A stretch of 64,000 nucleotides of DNA from Octopus sinensis. Lineage: Eukaryota. Made by a program: the position numbers and the translations under genes. Positions 54,991-64,000 of this stretch are shown one piece after another (the stretch's first letter is position 1; each line of letters starts with the position of its first letter). Location: assembly GCF_006345805.1 (NCBI RefSeq), contig NC_043007.1, positions 45,260,001 through 45,324,000 on the forward strand, written 5' to 3'. The notes under the pieces are model-generated. The model searched no databases and was not told the DNA's origin. It saw only the letters and a list, made by a program, of their open reading frames with translations.

Positions 54991-55599
54991 CACCCATTCT
55001 CTCATTTACATATAGAAATCTAAACATACATGGTGAGATGCAAGTAAAAAAAAGAATGAAATGCATACATGTAGTTATATATAATCATATGAGTGCACTT
55101 AGATTAACATGTATGTACGTATGGGTAGATGTATGTGTATTTTAGCGTGCGTGTGTATGTATGTGTATGAGTTGTGAGAGTATATATATGTGTATGAGTA
55201 TATACATGCATGTACGTATGAGTGTGTGTGTGTAGATATATGTATATATATATATATTATATATACATATATATATGAATATATATATATATGAATATGT
55301 CTACGTATAATAGAAAAATGTATATTACAGTAAATTTTACTCCTTGTCTGCGAAAAGTGTGTATATGTATTTATATGATTGTGTATGCTTGTACGTACAT
55401 ATAGATAGGTTTATATTTACATGTATGTATCTAAGACGTTGTATCCATTCACCGTGAGACGGTGGTGAGAATGTCACACACACATACACACAATCATACA
55501 TGCGTATACGCATGCATACACACGTACACATATGCATACGCACATACATATATGCACACATGCATACATACATATATAAAAATATATATATAAATTAAA

Positions 55600-55680
55600 A
55601 TTAGATGTAGAAGTGAAACTAACGGATTTTGTGTATTTTTTAAATGGCTTGTAAACACCTTTCACGCTGCAATTGTTTAT
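55600..55680 (+). mobile_element. Family E fragment (opposite orientation to the 53762 copy)
   Basis: gaagtgaaactaacggattttgtgtattttttaaatggcttgtaaacacctttcacgctgcaattgt. Confidence 0.7.
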
Positions 55681-55859
55681 GTATTTATATATGTATGTAT
55701 GTACGTATGTATGTATGTATGTATGTATGTATGTATGTATGTATGTATGTATGTATGTATGTATGTATGTATGCATGTTTATATGTATGTATATATGTAT
55801 GTATGTATATTTATATATATATATGTATATGTATATATATATATGTGTATATATATATA

Positions 55860-55903
<44 letters not shown>

Positions 55904-56139
55904 TTATATATATATATATATATATATATGATTATATTGAAATATATGAATGAAAAGAAAATGGTGGGGGAATCCCAGGTTATTTCCTGTATTATCTTCG
56001 TCCTTGACATGATACCATTCCTCCTTGCAGAAAACAAAATTTGCAACATGAAATGAACATTTAAATGGTTTTATCATTTGGTTTGTTTGAATAAAGACTG
56101 TTCAGAAAATGAAACCTGATGTAAGAAAAGACAAAGGGA

Positions 56140-56143
56140 GGCG

Positions 56144-56221
<78 letters not shown>
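56140..56221. repeat. (GA)n microsatellite
   Basis: Visible. Confidence 0.95.
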
Positions 56222-56225
<4 letters not shown>

Positions 56226-56482
56226 ACAAATTGAAGTTTACAATTTATTTTAAAGGTGATAATGGCTGACAAATTTACCATAATCTGAGACAATGAAGAC
56301 TGACGGATCCGAATAATTGACGTAACAAATAAGAATAACTTCAGAATATAATCAAGTCTGCTGACCATGTAACGAGACTAAGATTCTAAAAGAACTTTAA
56401 CTATCTCCAGTCTAGATATTGTAAATAGTTGACAACAAAACTCGGAGCTTAGTAGCTCACTCTAAAGAACATATAGGGTTTC

Positions 56483-56661
56483 CCGACCAACTTTAGATTT
56501 ATACCACCCAATATTTATACCGACCAATTTTAGATTTGTACTGATCAATTTTAGATTTCCACCGATGAATTGTAGATCTGGACTGATCAATTTTAGATTT
56601 GTACTGACGAATTTTAAATTTTACCGACCAACATTAGATTTGTACCGACCAATTTTAGAAA
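56483..56661. repeat. 21-bp minisatellite, about 9 units
   Basis: Consensus CCGACCAATTTTAGATTTGTA, units contiguous. Confidence 0.9.
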
Positions 56662-56829
56662 ATTTAACGATTAACTACAGAATTATTTTATTAATACATA
56701 TTTCTAAATAAAATGTCTTGAACCCAAATATTTTAAATATGTGAACTTATAATCGGCAATTTTACCACTAAATTGCCCTTATATCAGTAAAAGATATTTT
56801 CAATGAAACATGCATATATATATATATAT

Positions 56830-57030
56830 TACGGAAATGTACTTGCATAGCAAATGACCTGAACTGAAATCGTGTGTTGGAACGATTGCAGCGTGGAAGG
56901 TGTTTATAAGCCATTTAAGAAACACACAAAAAACATTAGATTATCTTCAACATTTAAATTTAATTTGTCAAAATATTTTCGTTGCTTTCAGACCACGACC
57001 AGCTCACTGACAAACTTCCGTGCCGCACCT
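56830..57030 (-). mobile_element. Family E element (contains H5 motif at 56964-57014)
   Basis: Reverse complement TTTGTCA-GTGAGCT-G-GTCGT-loop-GCAAC-GAAAATATTT-TGACAAA. Confidence 0.8.
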
Positions 57031-58170
57031 TATATAAATATATATATTTAAGGTGCTATTGTCATCTTACACATGTATTTCTTGCCATTATGATCAAATC
57101 CTTTTATCAGATATCTGGTGTTATAAGGAACTACGCTTCATCAATCATTGCCTTTGAAATTGTTTGTCATCATCAGTCGTCACTTTTAGGAATTAGTCGA
57201 TTTACTCAGCCATATAATTATAAAGATTGATTAGCTGATGTAACTGTAGGAGATAATTAGGAATTAAAAGGTATCAAAGCCGCTCCCTCACAGACAAACT
57301 TTATTAGCATTAATTATCTCATATAATTGTCATACAATCATATATGTTATAATAACGCGTATGGAAATCAGGGTTAGAATCTACAGGCACTTGCAATATT
57401 CTTGTCTCTGGGCGTAGTTATTATTCTGTTGTTAGGAAGTTCGATTCGCCTTGTAACCAAGTCGCTCTGTGCTTCATCCCACTGCTTCGTGTCTAGCATA
57501 GCCTCAGGTGAAGTTTAATAGGGGGAAACACTACTGCAATAGACAGACGGACATGTGCAAACGCGCACACAAACACACGCTTTATCATTTTCTCAAATAT
57601 ATAGAAAAGATGAAGGCCGAAATCCTTCAAAGGGATGTCAAACATTTAAGTCCGCTGGTACAGTCCAGGTAAAGAATATATAGAAGAAAAATATTTTCAG
57701 TATTTGCAAAAACAATAAATGAAGTATAAGGAAAGGAAAAATTAATATACAAAGACCTTTCACAGCCCAGAAGGGCTATAGAAGGTCTTTGACTATTTTT
57801 GTTGGTCGTAATTATTCATAGCAGTATTTAATTTCTGACAAATAATCTAAATTTTATTCCAAGAAGAATTTTTCGTTTTTGTCTTTGGAATTAATTAGAC
57901 CCTGAAACAATTTATAGAATGCACTTTGGTTCTATACCAATTTTTCCTTTCCTTATACTTTATATATATATATATATATATATGTATATACACCGTCCAG
58001 TTATATAAATAGGTTATAAATTGATTTGATATTTTGTTACTGGCTGTTCATACCTTGTTCTTTACACCATCGTACGCTCAAACTCTACATAGCTTATTCT
58101 GCACCTCTACACTTAACGGCAGACTTCAGACACTGGGTTTGGCCTGAGCAGCCATTATGTGTAGCCATCA

Positions 58171-58253
<83 letters not shown>

Positions 58254-59199
58254 TGTGTGTGTATGCGCTTGCGCATATCTTTCGCTACCGTGTATCATCA
58301 AAAGATCTAAACATTGGCAATAAAACTGATAAAACAATATGTAGGGACAAATACGCTGTTGTATTATTTCCCGATTTCCACTGGTACTCCGTTATTACTG
58401 TCGCCATCGTAACCGCAGTGAACAAATTTGTAATTATCTCGTATAGCACCCCCGCACAAATAACATGATATGAGATATTATTAAATGTATAACTCAATAA
58501 GTCATAACTTGTCAATGACAACTGTATCGAAAACTGGATCACACAGCATTATTATCCAATCAGCAGTTAGATATGAAATCTAGATTGCAGCAGTTAGACA
58601 TAAAATCTATGTCTACAAATGTATAAATGTTAAGACTAATAAATGATCGATTATATATCAGACCAATAAATCATTAATAATATACTAGACAAAGCATATG
58701 ATCTAGCAATGACAACGAACAGAATAAATAAACGGACTTTTCTAGACGCTAAGATATATGTCTTATAGCGTATATACACACTAATATGTTTGGATGGTTT
58801 GGAATGAAAATAATATATGCTTGTAAGCTCTCTACATTATATGATGAGGAAAAATCGGTTAATGCAAATAAGTATGTTTGACATTCAGAGAAAATCTAAT
58901 AAGCTATTGTGCTCAGAGGAAAGTTCGTACCCCTATGCAACCTGTCAACAGTTTTCAGATAATATTCTATAATACTCAAAATCTATCTGATCACAATCGA
59001 CAAAGTCGTGGCAGTGCGAATAGATAAAAATGCGTGACCACTACTACACATTTTTTTTCATATTGTCGCTACAGTTTTGTATATTTGCTCAAATGGACAG
59101 ACAATTGTTTCTGTCCTTTGTTCTTGGATCATTCCTATTGGAGAATATCCGTAATGGAAAGCTTTCCACCAATGACCATTCTATCTTTTTATATTGGTT

Positions 59200-59398
59200 T
59201 CAAATTTTGCACAAGGCCAGCAATTTCGGGATTCGATTAAATCGATTCGAGTGTTGAACTGATACTTATTTTATCGACCCCTAAAAAATTAAAGGCAAAG
59301 TCGACCCCTGTGGCATTTAGACCCAGAACGTCAAGACGGACGAAATGCCGCTAAACATCCTGCCCAGCGTTCTAACGATTCCGCTAGCTCGCTACCAC
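59200..59398 (-). mobile_element. SINE family D
   Basis: ttcaaattttgcacaaggccagcaatt..aaggcaaagtcgacc..gctagctcgct. Confidence 0.75.
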
Positions 59399-60395
59399 AA
59401 TCTATATTATTTATATTAAAGTAATTAAACGGTCTAATATATATCTTATTTTCAAATAGTAAAGGAGATCATACAATCATGTAAATGTTCATTCGTTAGC
59501 TTTTTGCGTCGTCAGATTTACACATATCTACAAGTTTAGAGCATACTCATATATAAAGAATCAGCCAGCCGCTAGGGTACATGCAGACTTAAACAGCAAA
59601 TCCTGAAAGCGAGGCTTATTCGAAATGATTCACTTCATACACAGTGATAAAACTACGCAAGGCTAATCTGAATCTAACATAAAAAAACCTCTGTGTGTGG
59701 CATTAAAAAAAAAGTTCAAGACTAAAATACACTCGAAAATAAATTTGAAAGATGCAAATACAAACAATTTCACAAAAACTAAGTATTTGAGATAACACAG
59801 GATCTAAATTTAAATGCTAACTTGAAATACAGGCAAGGAGCCTCCCACTCTCTTTCTTCCAGAACACAAATCCATTATAATATGTAAATTATTTATGTAG
59901 CCAACCACAATCTAGATAATATTGTAGCATCTTTGAAGATGGTTGTTGTTGCTGTTCAGCCTCCGATCAATACTGGCCCATGGTTTTACCCGTAAACATT
60001 GAGAATGTTCATTAGTATTTTATAAGGAACTAGTCATCACTTGCCTTTTATTCTTGTTTTTTTGTTTTGTTTTTGTTTTTGTTTTTTGAAGGGACTAGGG
60101 GGTGAATCTTAGGGTAGTTTGGTTAACCGCTTTTAGTAGGACATATAACTGAATAAATGCTTCCTCGTTGTCTCTGGGAGACCACTCGTTGGAAATTCTG
60201 CCAGAGGTGGAACCACTTATGAATTCTATCTTGAAGACTCAGTTGGCAATCTACAGAGTGTGAGAAAGAGTGACATAATTGAAATGGTGTACATGAACAG
60301 CTATGCAAAATTAATGCTAATTCGTCAATAACATATAAAAGAAAACAAAAATGGTGACGGTATTATTATTATTATTATCATTAGTAGTAGTAGTA

Positions 60396-60432
<37 letters not shown>

Positions 60433-60464
60433 CAGTAGTTGTAGTAGTCCTTTCTTCTATAGGA

Positions 60465-60652
60465 ACAAATCCTGAAATTTTGGGAGAGGACGGGTTAGTC
60501 ATTTACATCAAGCCCAGTGCTCGACTAGTAATTATTTTATCAATTCCGAAAGGATGAAAGGCAAAGTCGATCTCGACAGAGTTTAATTTCAGAACGTTAA
60601 GATACAAAAGAAATACGGTTAAGCATTATGTCAGGCGTGCTGACGATTCTGC
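60465..60652 (-). mobile_element. SINE family D
   Basis: gaaaggatgaaaggcaaagtcga..cagaacgt..ctgacgattctgc. Confidence 0.75.
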
Positions 60653-61929
60653 GATGAAGATAATGACGATAATGATAGTTGATGACGACGATGGTATCGA
60701 CAACAATGACGATGCTGACGACGACAACGACAATTACGAAGTCGATAATAACTGCAACGGTCACGGCGAAGATAATGATGGCGATGATGATAACAATGAT
60801 GATGATGATATGGACAGTGGAAATGACGCTCGTTATGAATATACTAGAGATACTGTCTTCTGAATGTGGTTATGCAATGCAGACCATACCTCTGCGGCCA
60901 ATCGGCAAAAACACTATTTTTTCTGTCAGAAACGCCGCAGGAAACGGGCTTCATGAAAACATCAGTAGCGTCTCTCTTTCACTGCAAATTCTCAGGCGTA
61001 CGTTGTGCATGGACTTTTACTTGTTTGTGCTCATAGTTTTCCTCGTGCTGCTGCTGCTGCTGCTAGTGTAGCTGCATTTTGTTCCATTGGCTGCTGTTGC
61101 TGCTTTATTCATGTCATTTCTCCTTGTGTTTCATATTATATATATATATTTTTTTTTTTTTTTAAAGCTCTTTCGTAAATAATATATTTATAGAAACGCA
61201 CAGAAAGCAAAAACAGAACGAAGAAACAAAAGAGAGGGGGGAAAAAGCAAAAAACAAAGAGAGAAAGAGAAAGAAGGCAGAAATAATAGCTAAGATTGAA
61301 TAGTGGGTGGGTGAAGCTGAAATAATTAGAATCACTTGTGATAGCCAAGATTTAGATATTTAGATTCTGAGTGTCAACATAATCTGAAAGAATTTGTTTG
61401 GATCAATGAACATACATAATACGCTTGTTATGTTCAATAAATTGTCTTTCTCTTTCTCTCTATCCCATACTCTCTGAGATTTTTCTTTTTCTTATCTCTG
61501 TATCAGAAATGGACCTAACTAAAATGAAGTATCTGTGGAGAGGTCCGAGTGGAATACCTATAAGTTACATAACCGTGATGCATCTGAGAACAACAATAAC
61601 AACAATAATGACAAGAACATGAACAAAAACAACAACAGCAACAATACCAATAAAAAATAATAATAATAACAATATATCATTGCAAAAATTTAGTATGCTT
61701 CAAGCATTTCGCAATATGTAGAAATTTTGTATGGCACTTAAGTTGGTGGCAATGCAGATAGAAAATTCAATATAAATAAATAACAGAAACAAAAATATTG
61801 GAATGTTACCTTCAAATTCCTTCACAGATATTTTAGAGCCACATTTTTATTCTCTGTGTGTGTGCGTATATGTGTGTGTGCATGATGAGTGTGTGTGTGT
61901 GTGTGTGAGCATGAGAAATTTGAACTCCC

Positions 61930-62344
<415 letters not shown>

Positions 62345-63161
62345 ACTGTGAAAATAATGACAGAACATTGCTCACTAATATAGAGAGTGTGCTTTATTGA
62401 AGCTCAATTTCTATCTGCGATCTTCAGGCGGAAAACAGTTTTACACCGGAAAATTGCAATGGTTTATATCAGGAAACAATAAATTAGGAACTAGGGAATG
62501 ACGAAAAAAATAGATTTAAAAAAAGGGAACAAGGAAAGGATTTCAAAAATATATTAAAGAATATTTTTGGGAAAAAATTCCATTGTGAATTCTCCGTAAC
62601 AGACATCAAAGACGAATTAAAGCACAATGAAAACCAACAATACGCCAGAACTCTGAGCTACGAACGCAAAGTGTACGTTTTGTTAGAGCTAGACTGTCCC
62701 AAATAATTACAAATGAAGAGAAATTCTTATGTTAAGTACACACTATATAATTTAATTTTCCAGTTTTGGGACAGGGCCAGCAATTTTGAAAGCTGTATAG
62801 TTAGGCGACTAACTCAGTCAGATTACTTAACTGGAACAGGTGAGGATTGAATGCAAAGTTCACTCCGATGGAATCTGAAATCAAAATATAAAGAGAACAT
62901 ATACCGTAAAGTATTACTTATGCTCTAACGATTCTGTCAGAATAAATAATCTGTGCGATAAAAAAATTGAGTCCATTAGGCTCGTGACCCTGTACTTTCC
63001 AAGCACGTGTGTATTAGTGTACGACTGTCTGATATATATATACAGGGGTAGGAGAAAATAATGGAAACATCTTAAAATTTCAAACAAATTTATTTTTAAT
63101 TATTTACATTATTTATATTATTTATATCTGACGGATATTTGTCCTCATCTTGTTCGTTGTT

Positions 63162-63207
63162 AACATAACGTTTCGGCTGATATACCATCCAGCCTTCATC
63201 GAATGTC
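63162..63207 (-). ncRNA. Minimal hammerhead motif (H1), core variant
   Basis: Reverse complement GACAT-TCGATGA-A-GGCTG-loop-CAGCC-GAAA-CGTT-ATGTT. Confidence 0.6.
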
Positions 63208-63386
63208 TTGGGGAAATTTCGAACCGGGTTCTCATTCCTAAGGTATTTTTCGATGTTATTATTATTATTATTATTATGATGATTATTATTATTATTCAGG
63301 TTACTGCCTGGAATCGAACACAGAATCTTGGGGTTAGAATCCCGCGCTCTTAACCCCAACATCCCGAGTCCGATTCCAGGCAGAGA

Positions 63387-63465
<79 letters not shown>

Positions 63466-63513
63466 ATCGAAAAATACCTTAGGAATGAGAACCCAGGTTC
63501 GAAATTTCCCCAT

Positions 63514-63559
63514 GACACCCGATGAAGGCTGGAGGGTATATCAGCCGATACGTTGTGTT
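63514..63559 (+). ncRNA. Minimal hammerhead motif (H1), core variant
   Basis: GACAC-CCGATGA-A-GGCTG-loop-CAGCC-GATA-CGTT-GTGTT; GAAA is mutated to GATA. Confidence 0.55.
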
Positions 63560-64000
63560 AACAACAAAAATGAGAACAAATATCCGTCAAATGTAAATAA
63601 TGTATATAATTACTCATCTCTTAAATATAGAGATGTAAATTTATTTTAACAAAGGAATTTTTGTCCATCCTTCTGCTAAAAGAGTCTCCTGTCTTATAGT
63701 GATGTTGGTGGAGGATATCGACTCCTTAACTGTTTTTATGAATTGCACCATAAATGTTCATTAATATTGAGATCTGGGTAATGAGTTGGCCAGATAAGAT
63801 GTTCACTTGAACTTTCTTCGTGTCATTTAGTAACAACTTTAGCTGTGTGAAATGGTGCATAATTATCTTGTGTTTCACTCCTGAAACAGTTGCGCAACCA
63901 TAGGATGAATTTGATCAGACAAAATGCTTAAATAGTCTTGATTATTGGATTTCCAAAATATAGCCTCACCATCCAGATCATCACAGATTTTCCTCCATAT

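Larger units (their letters stand above)
63100..63636. mobile_element. Foldback insertion of a tRNA-headed, (AAT)n-linked, hammerhead-tailed element (H1)
   Basis: Two inverted H1 tails, (TTA)n/(AAT)n tracts, a central inverted tRNA-like segment (63297-63390) with B-box GTTCGATTCC, and near-identical flanks aaatttattttt?aa (63086-63099 and 63637-63649). Confidence 0.8.
63043..64000 (-). mobile_element. Tc1-type DNA transposon 3' part, interrupted by the H1 foldback insertion
   Basis: Reverse complement of 63700-64000 gives QDYLSILSDQIHPMVAQLF..QDNYAPFHTAKVV..LIWPTHYPDLNINEHLW (DDE region). TIR-like TA-CAGGGGTAGGAGAAAATAATGGAAACA starts at 63041. Confidence 0.75.

Noticed and set aside
56483-56661. 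21-bp repeat array as a CRISPR
   Set aside because: Units are contiguous with no unique spacers, no cas genes are present and the context is eukaryotic.

Overview
AT-rich eukaryotic DNA crowded with microsatellites ((TA)n, (CA)n, (TATC)n, (TAA)n, (TATG)n, (GA)n) and transposable elements. The repeat spectrum and SINE families resemble a coleoid cephalopod, probably Octopus (inference, not verified). I recognise no intact host gene, only a few low-confidence candidate exons, so this is probably intronic or intergenic DNA. Recognisable elements: fragments of R4/Dong-type RLE LINEs, a 5'-truncated Tx1/L1-clade LINE, two RTE remnants, a near full-length frameshifted Penelope-like element (RT + GIY-YIG) plus a GIY-YIG remnant, a mariner, a Tc1 fragment, an internally deleted pogo/Tigger-like element and many tRNA-derived SINEs. 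Most short ORFs in the supplied track are microsatellite artefacts. The most interesting signal is RNA-level: ten minimal type-I hammerhead-ribozyme-like motifs in five sequence families, all with a palindromic stem III of the dimer-cleaving type. One family has a G3:C8 core swap. Another sits in the tail of a tRNA-headed, SINE-like element that inserted as a foldback with an apparent target-site duplication. All alignments and folds were done by eye; element boundaries are approximate unless motifs are quoted.
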